The position numbers and the translations under genes were made by a program. A DNA stretch of 64,000 nucleotides from an uncultured Gammaproteobacteria bacterium (lineage in GTDB: Bacteria > Patescibacteriota > Patescibacteriia > Magasanikbacterales > UBA922): contig CAYSXR010000003.1 of the NCBI GenBank assembly GCA_964435035.1, forward strand, positions 19,553 through 83,552, in the 5' to 3' direction. Each line of letters starts with the position of its first letter. Position 1 is the stretch's first letter. This document shows, in pieces, positions 33,886 to 43,541 of the stretch. The notes under the pieces were generated by a model. The model saw only the letters and a program-made list of their open reading frames with translations. It ran no database searches and had not been told where the DNA came from.

Positions 33886-33993
33886 TCTAGGTGCTTTTTG
33901 CGAAGGGGGTCCACCCGTTCCCATCCCGAACACGGTAGTTAAGCCCTTCAGCGCCAATGGTAGTCGCAAGGCGAGAGTAGGTCGGCGCCTAGA
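33886..33993 (+). rRNA. rrf: 5S rRNA (short, ~108 nt)
   Basis: CCACCCGTTCCCATCCCGAACACGG..GTTAAG..GAGAGTAGG, with terminal stem TCTAGG/CCTAGA. Confidence 0.95.
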
Positions 33994-34115
33994 TTCTGTA
34001 CTCAGTTTTTTGTTTGTCAAAAAAACCGCTTAATTAGCGGTTTTTGTATTGACAAACATGAGAATACCTTATATACTCTCGACTCTGTGCGACAACTGTA
34101 AATAAGGGGTAGTCT

Positions 34116-34403
34116 GTGAAGTGTCACATTGAAGCTCTGATTTCGCTCATTCTTACCCGCTCGCTTGATGAGGCTGATGCCTATCGACGTGTCAAAATCG
34201 CCAATTCGCCTACTGTCCCTGATGGGATCAAGTATGTGTCGAGTCCTGAAGTGCGATTTACTGACGGGGGGCGTGTCCGTACGGCGAAGTTCCAGTGCAA
34301 AGATCCATATGACCGGGCAAAGATCCATACTCTCGAGGTAGTGGTGGGAGTGGAGAATCCGATCAAAAAGGATTCCACTGATCATGCTTTGTGCGGGAGG
34401 TAA
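34116..34403 (+). CDS. Small orphan hypothetical protein (GC-richer cassette)
   Basis: GTG start, purine-rich SD, promoter TTGACA(34048)-17-TATACT. Confidence 0.5.
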   Translation: MKCHIEALISLILTRSLDEADAYRRVKIANSPTVPDGIKYVSSPEVRFTDGGRVRTAKFQCKDPYDRAKIHTLEVVVGVENPIKKDSTDHALCGR

Positions 34404-34593
34404 CTTCTCATGGTTGGGCATTCGATGCCCGACTTTACTGAAAGGATCTGTCTTAGTGTCCATCGAGCTGTGTTCCAACGTCCGTCGCGTGTCGCTATAC
34501 AGGCGATTGTCTGAACGATCCACCCGTTCAAACGAAATAGCCCGACATCTTTTACTAGATGATCGGGCTTTATGTTTTTTATGGTGAGTAGAT

Positions 34594-35121
34594 TTATCTT
34601 TGTAATTGTATCGTCTCAGCAATCTCCCAATTTTTTGTTTCCAACTCCTTCATGATTATAATTTCGTCTATAGGATACGTTAGTGGAAGATTGGGCTTAA
34701 GTACTGTGCAGATTTCATTGTACACTTCAGAAAATACTGTTTGATCTGGTACTTTTGCAATAGTTAGGTGTGGGGTAGGATTTTGAAATTCTCCATTGTA
34801 TGGTTTGCATTCAGGAAAAGCGTCGAAGATTTTTTTCATGATTTTTTGTATCATCTCTACATTTTTACAGGCTAAAAAAATGGTACCATTTTGAAAATAT
34901 TCTATTTTATCAAATGTAACAGAGAATGATTTAGTGTCTTTTAGTATTGTTTTTAAGGTTTCAATATCATTAGATTGTATCGGAGGATTTTTCCATGGCC
35001 ACAGTAGCGTTATGTGCGGTGGAATTCCTTTTTGAGCAGTTTCTAATTTTGAATGCCATGGCGAAATAAGCTTCTTTAATTCTCTAAAATGTAGATCAAT
35101 AGAGCTTTGTAATTTTTCCAT
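34594..35121 (-). CDS. 2H phosphoesterase (2'-5' RNA ligase family)
   Basis: Two HxT motifs: PHITL and PHLTI. Confidence 0.88.
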   Translation of the reverse strand: MEKLQSSIDLHFRELKKLISPWHSKLETAQKGIPPHITLLWPWKNPPIQSNDIETLKTILKDTKSFSVTFDKIEYFQNGTIFLACKNVEMIQKIMKKIFDAFPECKPYNGEFQNPTPHLTIAKVPDQTVFSEVYNEICTVLKPNLPLTYPIDEIIIMKELETKNWEIAETIQLQR

Positions 35122-35123
35122 AT

Positions 35124-35777
35124 TTATTTTTTATATCTGATCTTCATGATCGAAGCATTATCTGCTTCCCCGAATGCTGCTGCGTGTATTGCGTAGAGAT
35201 ATTCATCAATTGCATAGGCGTGTTGTCCTCCTGTTGTATCTGCTGCTGGATCATTGATATGGATTTTCTCCGTGTCTATTCCAGTAATCACATTAAAGTG
35301 TGAGTTAAAGCTTACATATTTGGTGGATAAAACACTTGAAGTGAGTTGTGCAAGCAGAGGTCTTTTATTTTTTATTTCTTCTTTAATGTCTTTTACATTT
35401 GGAACATGTACAGTCAATTTTCCTCCAGCTTCTATGAACTTAATAAAGAATTCAACACATCTTTTCATTTCTGATTTCTTTATTATTTCGTATTTCTTTA
35501 TTAGGTGTGAAAGTATTTTATTTTTGTCTGCGTTTTTGAATGATACGTTGAAGAGATGAGGATTCATGGTAACGATTTCTACGTCGAAATTTTGTGACAA
35601 GAAATAGCTTCCAAGCTGGGGCATATAGGTCCCTACATTTTTAAATACCTCTATATCTTTCTTAATTTCTTCAATAGATTTTTTGACTCCGTAATATTTC
35701 AAAACCATTGCAATACATGCAACTCCGCAATCGCTTGAGCCTTTTTCTTGTCGTATGAGAGGTACTGGGAGGTTCAT
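35124..35777 (-). CDS. Peptidase C39-like protein
   Basis: QEKGSSDCGVAC, HFNVITG, INDP. Confidence 0.82.
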   Translation of the reverse strand: MNLPVPLIRQEKGSSDCGVACIAMVLKYYGVKKSIEEIKKDIEVFKNVGTYMPQLGSYFLSQNFDVEIVTMNPHLFNVSFKNADKNKILSHLIKKYEIIKKSEMKRCVEFFIKFIEAGGKLTVHVPNVKDIKEEIKNKRPLLAQLTSSVLSTKYVSFNSHFNVITGIDTEKIHINDPAADTTGGQHAYAIDEYLYAIHAAAFGEADNASIMKIRYKK

Positions 35778-35838
35778 ATTTTAAAAGGATTAAAATCAGT
35801 CGCCAGGACATTTACTATTGGAAATTTTTCCATATTTT

Positions 35839-36618
35839 TTACTTTTGCGTTTTTACTTTTAACTTTCTATATAGCCACCATCCGCTCCATACAACGAAAG
35901 GAATACTAAGCATCTGACCAGTGGTGAGAAAGAAACCTTCGAGGTTATGGGGTTCTTTGGTAAATTCGAGTAGAAATCTGGTAGTAAAATAAGTTACAAG
36001 GAAAAAGTAGAAGGTCAAAAGACGAGAGTGGTTTGGTTGTATTTTTTTGTATACATATAATGTTATACCGAAGATAATAAAGCAGGTAAGTGCCTCATAC
36101 AGTTGTTGCGGATGACGCATAATTACTTGAGAATCAACTCTGGCAAAATATACGCCCCATGGAATACTCGTTGCTTTTCCAATGATTTCTGAGTTAAAAA
36201 AATTTCCCATTCTGATACATCCAGCGAGAAGGGGGATGGGCACTACCATGAGATCGAGATAATTTTTTAGGTCTACTTTTTTTATCCTCTGATAGATCCA
36301 GGCAGTAAGAAGTAGTCCAATAGTGAGGCCATGACTCGAGAGTCCACCGTGATTGATAAATATTATTTCGCTAGGATGAGCCAAAAAATAGGGTAAATTG
36401 TAAAATAGGATGTGTCCGAGACGCGCACCAATAAGCCCTCCGATAATGAGCCAGACTGAAAGATCATAGATAGTGTTCAATTTTTCTTTCTCATTTTTGG
36501 TAAGCCAATAATACGTGACAAGACATGCGAGGACTCCAATCCCGAGCATGAGTCCATACCAACGAATCGTGAATGGTCCGAATTCAGCGAGTATTGGGTT
36601 GAGGTTATTGATGAACAT
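35839..36618 (-). CDS. lgt: Prolipoprotein diacylglyceryl transferase
   Basis: IRWYG, GARLGH, GGLSSHG, RMGNFFNSE, RHPQQLYE. Confidence 0.96.
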   Translation of the reverse strand: MFINNLNPILAEFGPFTIRWYGLMLGIGVLACLVTYYWLTKNEKEKLNTIYDLSVWLIIGGLIGARLGHILFYNLPYFLAHPSEIIFINHGGLSSHGLTIGLLLTAWIYQRIKKVDLKNYLDLMVVPIPLLAGCIRMGNFFNSEIIGKATSIPWGVYFARVDSQVIMRHPQQLYEALTCFIIFGITLYVYKKIQPNHSRLLTFYFFLVTYFTTRFLLEFTKEPHNLEGFFLTTGQMLSIPFVVWSGWWLYRKLKVKTQK

Positions 36619-36654
36619 ATTTCAAATTCAAAACTAAAAATTCAAAACTCAAAA

Positions 36655-37467
36655 CTACAATTTAAATCTTATAAATTTTTGTAGTATGGTGAATATTGCA
36701 AAAATGGCAGAGCCAACGAGAATAATCAATGCGCCAGATGGTAGATCTAGATAATATGACAATACGAGTCCTGTGATGGTCATGGTGAGTGCAATTATCA
36801 TTGCGATTTTTTGGAATGATGAGAATGATGGTGCAATTAATTTTGCAGCAGCACTGGGGGTAACAATAAGTGCGCTAACGAGAATAATACCCACAAGTTT
36901 TACACTCGCGATAATTGCAAGTGTGGTCATGATATAGAAGACGAGGTCATATCGAGCAGGTGAGATTCCTGAGAGGTATGCTCCGTCTTTGTCGAAAGTG
37001 ATAAAGGTCATTTGGCGATTGAATATCGAGAGAAGCAGGAGCACTCCCACACCTACTCCACCAATAGTCCAGAGATCGACGGTGTTGATTGCGAGGATAT
37101 TTCCAAATAAGTAGCTCATCAGCTCAGGCTGGTATCCTTCGTGAAAATGCATGAGGATGATACCTACTGCCATAGAAGTCGTGAAGAGAAGTCCAATCGT
37201 AGTATCTTGGCTTAGATCTGTTTTCCGTTCGATGAAGAATAGGATAATCGCGAGCATGACTCCAAACACTAGTGCCGTAGGTAGTGGGGCGATTCCTAGG
37301 ATGATGGCGAGGGCGATTCCCCCAAGAGAAGCATGTGCAATTCCGTCTCCAATAAAGCTCATTTTTCGGGATACAAGGAATGTTCCAATCCAGCCCAATA
37401 CCAAGGAAATCATGATTCCAGATAAGAGTGCACGTTGCATGAAGGGGTATGAGAGTAGTTCAAGCAT
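36655..37467 (-). CDS. znuB: Zn/Mn ABC transporter permease (ZnuB-like)
   Basis: GDGIAHASLGG, YLFGNIL, LVGIILVSAL. Confidence 0.88.
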   Translation of the reverse strand: MLELLSYPFMQRALLSGIMISLVLGWIGTFLVSRKMSFIGDGIAHASLGGIALAIILGIAPLPTALVFGVMLAIILFFIERKTDLSQDTTIGLLFTTSMAVGIILMHFHEGYQPELMSYLFGNILAINTVDLWTIGGVGVGVLLLLSIFNRQMTFITFDKDGAYLSGISPARYDLVFYIMTTLAIIASVKLVGIILVSALIVTPSAAAKLIAPSFSSFQKIAMIIALTMTITGLVLSYYLDLPSGALIILVGSAIFAIFTILQKFIRFKL

Positions 37468-37476
37468 ATGGTATTT

Positions 37477-37540
37477 CGTCATCCCCGTGAAAACGGGGAT
37501 CTTAGTTTGTCTCTAGATTCCCGCTTTCGCGGGAATGACG
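37477..37540. repeat. REP/RS3-like composite palindrome (GTCATCCCC...GGGAATGAC)
   Basis: Two internal hairpins inside a terminal inverted repeat. A related element lies at 61415-61526. Confidence 0.8.
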
Positions 37541-37542
37541 TT

Positions 37543-38283
37543 TTAAGAATGATTATGTGTATGTTGGTACACTCCTGCATCTGTTCCGTAGAGTTGCTTC
37601 AGTACTTCAGGTGTAATAGTTGAAGAGGGGGTTCCTTGGCAGATTTTTTTCTTATTGAGGCAGATTACTGAATCTGCAAATCGGTGCACGATTGCGACAT
37701 CATGGGAAATGATAATACACGTGGTTCCATGTTCATCGTGAAGGCGCTCGATCAATTCATAGAGACTGTGTTCTCCTTCGATATCAATTCCTGCTGAGGG
37801 TTCGTCTAATACGAGAATATCTTTTTCATGGAATATTGCGCGTGCAATTAGTGCTCGTTGGAATTGCCCTCCAGAGAGAGTTCCAATTTTTTGGTTGATT
37901 TGGTTTTTGAGTCCGACTTCTTTCAGTACTTGGGCAATATTTTTGTATCGATGTTTCTGGTCTTTGCATTGGTAAGTTTTGAGGAATTCATTAACTGTAA
38001 TAGGGAGAGTTCGGTCAAACTGTAGGTGTTGAGGTACATACCCGATGTGGGTACGCATTTCAGACGGCTTTTTGCCTTCAATAGTGATGGTTCCTACAGT
38101 CGGGGAGAGAAGTCCAAGTATTCCTCGAATGAGTGTGGTTTTTCCTGAGCCATTGGGTCCTATTATTGCTGTAATTGACCCTTTTTCTATACCACAGGAC
38201 ACATTATCAAGCACGACTACCTCATTGTAGCGGTGACTTACTCCTTTTACTTCAATATAGGGTGTTATACTTTGTTTTTGCAT
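37543..38283 (-). CDS. znuC: Zn/Mn ABC transporter ATPase (ZnuC-like)
   Basis: GPNGSGKT, LSGGQFQR, LDEP and a His-rich tail. Confidence 0.9.
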   Translation of the reverse strand: MQKQSITPYIEVKGVSHRYNEVVVLDNVSCGIEKGSITAIIGPNGSGKTTLIRGILGLLSPTVGTITIEGKKPSEMRTHIGYVPQHLQFDRTLPITVNEFLKTYQCKDQKHRYKNIAQVLKEVGLKNQINQKIGTLSGGQFQRALIARAIFHEKDILVLDEPSAGIDIEGEHSLYELIERLHDEHGTTCIIISHDVAIVHRFADSVICLNKKKICQGTPSSTITPEVLKQLYGTDAGVYQHTHNHS

Positions 38284-38666
38284 ACGGTACAGAGTCCAGT
38301 GAGTATAAATGAGTGGCGAACTTTCGAAAAACCTGGAATTTTTGGTAATTCTTCGTGAATGCATCCAACACATTTTGTTTTTTTGCAGTGTGTACAGATG
38401 ATGTGATGGTGGTGATCCTCGTCTCCATTTTTTTCGTAAAATTGTTGACCATCAATATTCACCACTGGATTAATGAGCTCCAATTCTTTTAGAGTGTCGA
38501 GTGTTCGATAAATTGACACTCGGTCTACGGTGGTGAGTTTGCGTGCCATGGTAATCGCACAAAATAATCCTTCTTGTTTTATGAGATACTCGGTGATCAC
38601 TCGGCGGGGGGTAGTTGCTTTGTGGTTGTGCTTTACTAGTTCGTCTAGTAGCCAATTTTGTTTCAT
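38265..38666 (-). CDS. Fur-family metalloregulator (Zur-like)
   Basis: TTPRR, SIYRTL, HHHHIICTHC, CTVC. Heads the znu operon. Confidence 0.88.
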   Translation of the reverse strand: MKQNWLLDELVKHNHKATTPRRVITEYLIKQEGLFCAITMARKLTTVDRVSIYRTLDTLKELELINPVVNIDGQQFYEKNGDEDHHHHIICTHCKKTKCVGCIHEELPKIPGFSKVRHSFILTGLCTVCKNKV

Positions 38667-38673
38667 AGCGTAA

Positions 38674-38762
38674 TTGCAAATGTTGTTGCAAGTATAGCAG
38701 GAATAGGCAATAAAGCAACTGTTTATCCACAGCAATCTATTTGCAATTGAGAATGAATTGCA
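38674..38762. promoter_or_regulatory. Putative Zur/Fur operators in the divergent promoter
   Basis: TTGCAA-N6-TTGCAA (38674-38691) and TGCAATT-N7-AATTGCA (38742-38762). Confidence 0.6.
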
Positions 38763-38804
38763 TTATTATAGGCTAGTCGAATAGTTATCTAATCCTTTAC
38801 TAAT

Positions 38805-39722
38805 ATGCATAAGATACGTATTTTTTTATTTTTTGTGGTAACCATTTTGTTCGTTGGCGCGGGTTGTAATATCACTGCTTCCAATAAGCCAAAAGTTGCT
38901 GCAACTATTTTTCCTATTTATGATCTCGTTAGAATTATTGGTGGTGAAGATGTTGAAACGGTACTAATTGTTCCTGCTGGAGCAAGTCCACATACGTTTG
39001 AGCCTACACCATCTTTAATCAAGGAACTTAAAAACACGTCGCGTATTTTTCAGATTGGTCATGGACTTGATTCGTGGGTTTCATCAATTGTCACTTCTAT
39101 TCCCGATGCTCACACCATTACTCTTGATCGAAATGTTCAATTATATCCTACGGCTGAATTTGATGGTCATGAACATAAAGAAGAGGGTGGAGATGTGGAA
39201 GAAGATCATGAACATGGACCGGTTGATCCACATTATTGGATGGATCCCACGAATGCGTATACCATGGTTGATACTATTGTTGAGGAACTCACCCTTATTA
39301 GCCCTGACCATTCTGAAGACTTCGCACTTCGCGCAAAAAATTTCAAAGATGAACTTGAGCGTAGAGATTGGGAATGGTTGAAGATGATGAAAGGATTGCA
39401 AAACAAAAAACTAGTTACGTTTCATGATGCATTTCAATATTTCGCACGTCGCTTTCAGCTCGAGATTGTTGCAACATTTGAACCATTTCCTGGACGTGAA
39501 CCAACACCACAATATCTTATTGATTTGAAAGAAGAAGTTGATGAACATGGGGTAAAAACTTTGTATATTGAACCACAACTATCAGCGGCAGCAATCGAAA
39601 CATTTGCTCGCGATAATGGACTTACGATTGCTACTCTTGATCCTGAAGGGTCGGAGGATCATACCACGTATCTCGACATGATTGGTTATAACGTACAGAC
39701 AATTTTAGAGAACCAGCAATAA
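38805..39722 (+). CDS. znuA: Zn ABC transporter substrate-binding lipoprotein (ZnuA-like)
   Basis: Lipobox GAGC, SPHTFEP, His/Glu loop, DPHYW, HDAFQYF. Confidence 0.92.
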   Translation: MHKIRIFLFFVVTILFVGAGCNITASNKPKVAATIFPIYDLVRIIGGEDVETVLIVPAGASPHTFEPTPSLIKELKNTSRIFQIGHGLDSWVSSIVTSIPDAHTITLDRNVQLYPTAEFDGHEHKEEGGDVEEDHEHGPVDPHYWMDPTNAYTMVDTIVEELTLISPDHSEDFALRAKNFKDELERRDWEWLKMMKGLQNKKLVTFHDAFQYFARRFQLEIVATFEPFPGREPTPQYLIDLKEEVDEHGVKTLYIEPQLSAAAIETFARDNGLTIATLDPEGSEDHTTYLDMIGYNVQTILENQQ

Positions 39723-39726
39723 GTTT

Positions 39727-39797
39727 ATAAGCAGGTAAGTAATAAGCAAAATACACATTTTGCTTATTTGCTTATAGCTTATTTTGCTTACCAGCTT
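39727..39797. repeat. Inverted short tandem repeat (TAAGC)n/(GCTTA)n
   Basis: Read directly just after the znuA stop. Confidence 0.6.
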
Positions 39798-39885
39798 CGT
39801 GATTATTATCCACATCTAGGGAGGGCTTGCAAAGTTCAGTCAGTGTGGTATATTGTAACCCGCTTTGATTATTTAAAATTTTCTT

Positions 39886-40152
39886 ATGTCTGATTTTCAA
39901 TACGACACCGTCAAAACCGCTATCCTTGATCATGTTCGAGAAACGTTCGAAGAAATCGAAGATGGACTAGCTCGGTCGCATGAAGAGAAGTACGCACTTC
40001 TCGAAGATGCCCTCGAAAATGCATCTGATGTCGATGAATTGAAAGTCGCTTTTGAACAATGGTTTGCCGATCATTCTGACGAGCTTCAGTTGGAGTATGA
40101 GTTGGATGAAATGTGGGCACATGCTATTGCGCGTGTCGAAGATGTTGAATAA
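39886..40152 (+). CDS. Small acidic hypothetical protein
   Basis: 88-aa helical acidic ORF with an upstream TTGCAA...TATATT promoter-like sequence. Confidence 0.65.
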   Translation: MSDFQYDTVKTAILDHVRETFEEIEDGLARSHEEKYALLEDALENASDVDELKVAFEQWFADHSDELQLEYELDEMWAHAIARVEDVE

Positions 40153-40216
40153 TATTGCACATTTTATTTTGTAGAAAATGATAAAAAATGATAGTATATA
40201 CGTACTATCTTTTTTT

Positions 40217-41293
40217 ATGCTCAACATTTCTCGTATTTCTGAAATTCTTGGAGACGAAGCTGAAAGCTTACTCAATTTTTCAACTCCAAAAATTGCTAAA
40301 GAAAAATTGCACCTACCTTCGAAACATTTTTTTTACAAAACTTTTTCTATTTCTGATCGGTCACATAAAGTGATTGATAATTTGATTCACTTGCGAAAGT
40401 CTGGAAGACTCAAAAAAACGGGATATTTATCAATTCTTCCGGTAGATCAGGGGATTGAACATACTGCGGGTGCGCGTTTTTCTGCAAATCCAGATTATTT
40501 TGATCCAGAGAATATTGTGAAGCTCGCACTCGAAGCGAAATGTAATGCAGTTGCTTCGTCGTATGGTACGCTTGCGATTCTTAGTAAGAAATACGCGAGT
40601 AAAATTCCGTTTATTGTAAAGCTGAATCATAATGACCTGTTTCGATTTCCTAATGACTATGACCAGACCATGTTTACAACTGTAAAAAAAGCGCATGAGA
40701 TGGGTGCGCGTGGAATTGGTGCAACGATTTATTTTGGTTCTCCTGAATCCAAGCGACAGATTACGGAAGTGTCTGAAGCATTTGCAGCTGCACATGAAAA
40801 AGGAATGTTTACGGTACTCTGGTGCTATGTGCGGAACGCTGGGTTTACGGTGGGTAAAGTAGATTATAGTTCGTCAGCTGATCTCACTGGCCAGGCAAAT
40901 TATCTGGGAGCGACTATTGGGGCTGATATTGTAAAGCAAAAATTACCCACTCTCAATGGTGCTTATATTGCACTGAATAAAGGGAAGAGTTCATTTGGTA
41001 AATATGATCCTCGAATGTATACCGAGCTTGCGAGTGAGCATCCTATTGATTTGTGTCGGTATCAGGTAGTAAATAGCTATATGGGACGAATCGGATTGAT
41101 CAATTCTGGGGGAGAGAGTAATGGCGAGACCGATTTGCGAGAGGCTGTTCGTTCTGCTGTGATCAATAAGCGTGCGGGTGGAATGGGATTAATTCTTGGT
41201 CGCAAGGCTTTTGAAAAACCTCTGAAAGAGGGAATTGAAATATTGAATGCGGTGCAAGATGTGTATTTGTGTAAAGAGGTGACAATCGCCTAG
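40217..41293 (+). CDS. fbaB: Class I fructose-bisphosphate aldolase (DhnA/FbaB type)
   Basis: ILPVDQGIEH, VLWCY, GADIVKQK, GLILGRKAF. Confidence 0.93.
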   Translation: MLNISRISEILGDEAESLLNFSTPKIAKEKLHLPSKHFFYKTFSISDRSHKVIDNLIHLRKSGRLKKTGYLSILPVDQGIEHTAGARFSANPDYFDPENIVKLALEAKCNAVASSYGTLAILSKKYASKIPFIVKLNHNDLFRFPNDYDQTMFTTVKKAHEMGARGIGATIYFGSPESKRQITEVSEAFAAAHEKGMFTVLWCYVRNAGFTVGKVDYSSSADLTGQANYLGATIGADIVKQKLPTLNGAYIALNKGKSSFGKYDPRMYTELASEHPIDLCRYQVVNSYMGRIGLINSGGESNGETDLREAVRSAVINKRAGGMGLILGRKAFEKPLKEGIEILNAVQDVYLCKEVTIA

Positions 41294-41423
41294 TTGTCTC
41301 ATTTTTAAAATAAAACAGCTTAATCTAGCTGTTTTTTGTTTTTATCAATAGATTATTAACAGTTTGTGTCGGTAAAAAGTTGACAAGATTTAAGTTATAA
41401 ATTATGCTAAATCTATTGTATTT

Positions 41424-42158
41424 ATGAATACTGAAATATTCAAAAAATTAGGAATGTCTGACAAAGTAGCACAAATCTACCAATCTTTGCTTTCTTTGGG
41501 GCCTAGTTCAGTACGTTCTATTGCTCTCCATAGTGGGTTAAATAGGGGAAGTGCGTATGATGCGCTTAAATGGCTCGAAGAACATGGCCTGGTGACCTTC
41601 TATCACAAGGATACTAAGCAGTATTTTGTGGCTGAGCATCCAGATCGTCTCATGTCACTCGTCCGTGAACAAAAGCAGATGGCTGACCGGGCTGAGAAAG
41701 AGCTTGAAAAGATGATACCTGAACTTGCGGCGTTGCATCATAAAGGTGGAGATAGGCCGGTTGCACGCTATGTTCAAGCTGATGAACTTAATAGCATTCT
41801 TGAAGACGTACTCACCACGTGTGAACATAGTGAAGACAAAATGTATCGTATTTATTCGGCTGAAGGAGTAAAAGAATTTTTGTACGAACAATTTCCTACC
41901 TTTAGTGATGCACGAATTGCAAAAGGAATTTCGGTTCGAGCAATTGCGATTGGAGAGGGCGGAGAATTGCGTGGACTTGATCAACGCAAACGACTTCCTT
42001 CAAGTGAGGAATTATCTACGTATATTATTATGTATCCTGGGAAAACTGCGTATATCTCGATTGATGCAAAGAAGCAGCCGGTTGGGGTGGTGATTGAAAA
42101 CGAAGGAATTTACCGGACCGAAAAAGCAGTGTTTGATTCATTGTGGGAAAAAATTTAA
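41424..42158 (+). CDS. TrmB-family transcriptional regulator
   Basis: N-terminal wHTH (LGPSSVRSIA..RGSAYDAL..GLV) plus an effector domain. Confidence 0.85.
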   Translation: MNTEIFKKLGMSDKVAQIYQSLLSLGPSSVRSIALHSGLNRGSAYDALKWLEEHGLVTFYHKDTKQYFVAEHPDRLMSLVREQKQMADRAEKELEKMIPELAALHHKGGDRPVARYVQADELNSILEDVLTTCEHSEDKMYRIYSAEGVKEFLYEQFPTFSDARIAKGISVRAIAIGEGGELRGLDQRKRLPSSEELSTYIIMYPGKTAYISIDAKKQPVGVVIENEGIYRTEKAVFDSLWEKI

Positions 42159-42162
42159 GTGT

Positions 42163-42801
42163 ATGTTTATCATAGATTTTGATGATACGCTTTTTAATAC
42201 TCATGATTTCAAGAAATCGCGGATTGAATCATTGTTGAAAGCTGGAGTATCTCCGCATGATTATCAGGAAACCTATATCGAAGCCTTGAAAAAGAATGAT
42301 GTATTCTCCTATTCCAATGAACGACATGCTGAATTACTTACCGTTCGAGGATATTCAAAAGAAAAAGTGTTCGCTGCATTGCAGGAAACTACGGGAGAAC
42401 GATTGCGTGAGTTTCTATTTCCTGATACGGTAGAATTTATTCGGAAACTTAAAGATACAGGTTCTGCAGTCGTTCTTTTGAGTCTCGGGGAACCTAGTTT
42501 TCAGGAGCTCAAAGTAAAAGGAAGTGGAATTGCTCACTTTTTTGATCGCATGTTTATGGTTCAGGATAGTAAGGAACACATACTTCACGAATTGGTTTCA
42601 GTAGGGGAAAATTCTGAAGATATGTGGTTTATCAATGATAAAGTAGGTGAGAGTTTACTTATCAAAAATGCATTTACTAATCTGAGTATTGTTCTCAAAA
42701 AATCAGCATCGATTGATGAAGAAGAATATATACACAGTAATTTACCGTATTTCAAAACACTTACCGAAATATATGGATACATCGAACAAAAAAATAGATA
42801 A
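42163..42801 (+). CDS. HAD-superfamily hydrolase
   Basis: IIDFDDTL motif I, LLSLG, QELKV, FINDK. Confidence 0.8.
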   Translation: MFIIDFDDTLFNTHDFKKSRIESLLKAGVSPHDYQETYIEALKKNDVFSYSNERHAELLTVRGYSKEKVFAALQETTGERLREFLFPDTVEFIRKLKDTGSAVVLLSLGEPSFQELKVKGSGIAHFFDRMFMVQDSKEHILHELVSVGENSEDMWFINDKVGESLLIKNAFTNLSIVLKKSASIDEEEYIHSNLPYFKTLTEIYGYIEQKNR

Positions 42802-43531
42802 GGTTGGAGTAGTAATCCTTGCAGCGGGAGATGGTAAACGTATGAAAAGTTCACTTCCTAAAATGATGCATGAGCTTAATCATAAACCATTGGTTGAGCA
42901 CGTGGTACAACACGTAGAAGAAGCGGGAATAGGAAAGCCACTTATTGTGGTATCTGCAAAACATACGATGGTACAGGATCATCTTGGGGATCGCGCTGAG
43001 TATGTGGTACAACGTGAGCAATTGGGTACTGGACATGCAGCGTCAATGGCGGAAACAATGCTTAAAGGTGCGGTCGAGCATGTGATATTTCTTAATGGAG
43101 ATATGCCCTTTGTTTCTGCGGAATCAATTAAACGCCTTTTGGCCCGACATACTGAGAGAAAAAATACGATTACTATGATGACTGTGAGTGTTTCTAATTT
43201 TGAGAATGAAAATCAGGCTTTTGCAGGATTTGGTAGAATTGTGAGGGGGGATAATGGACATATTGCACGGATTGTAGAAAAAAAAGATGCTACCAAAGAT
43301 GAGCTTGGTATTCTTGAGCTTAACCCTTCAGTATGGTGCTTTGAAGCATCATGGCTTTGGAAGTCACTTAAAAATCTTAAGAATGAAAATTCTCAGAAAG
43401 AATATTATCTGACAGATTTAATTGGAATGGGGATTGACGAAGGAGTACAAATTTCTTCAATCTCAATTGAACCCAAAGAAGCGATTGGAATTAATACTGC
43501 TGAAGATTTACAGACTGCTCGGAGTTTATAA
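42773..43531 (+). CDS. GlmU-like N-acetylglucosamine-1-phosphate uridyltransferase, without the acetyltransferase domain
   Basis: ILAAGDGKRMKS, QLGTGHA, GDMPF, IVEKKDA, NSQKEYYLTD, GINT, then a stop at 252 aa with no hexapeptide LbH domain. Confidence 0.88.
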   Translation: MDTSNKKIDKVGVVILAAGDGKRMKSSLPKMMHELNHKPLVEHVVQHVEEAGIGKPLIVVSAKHTMVQDHLGDRAEYVVQREQLGTGHAASMAETMLKGAVEHVIFLNGDMPFVSAESIKRLLARHTERKNTITMMTVSVSNFENENQAFAGFGRIVRGDNGHIARIVEKKDATKDELGILELNPSVWCFEASWLWKSLKNLKNENSQKEYYLTDLIGMGIDEGVQISSISIEPKEAIGINTAEDLQTARSL

Positions 43532-43541
43532 TTTTTTTTGT

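Noticed and set aside
42773-43531. glmU as a frameshifted pseudogene
   Set aside because: The ORF stops cleanly at the domain boundary and tdh starts 10 nt later with no LbH remnant, which fits a genuine monofunctional enzyme.
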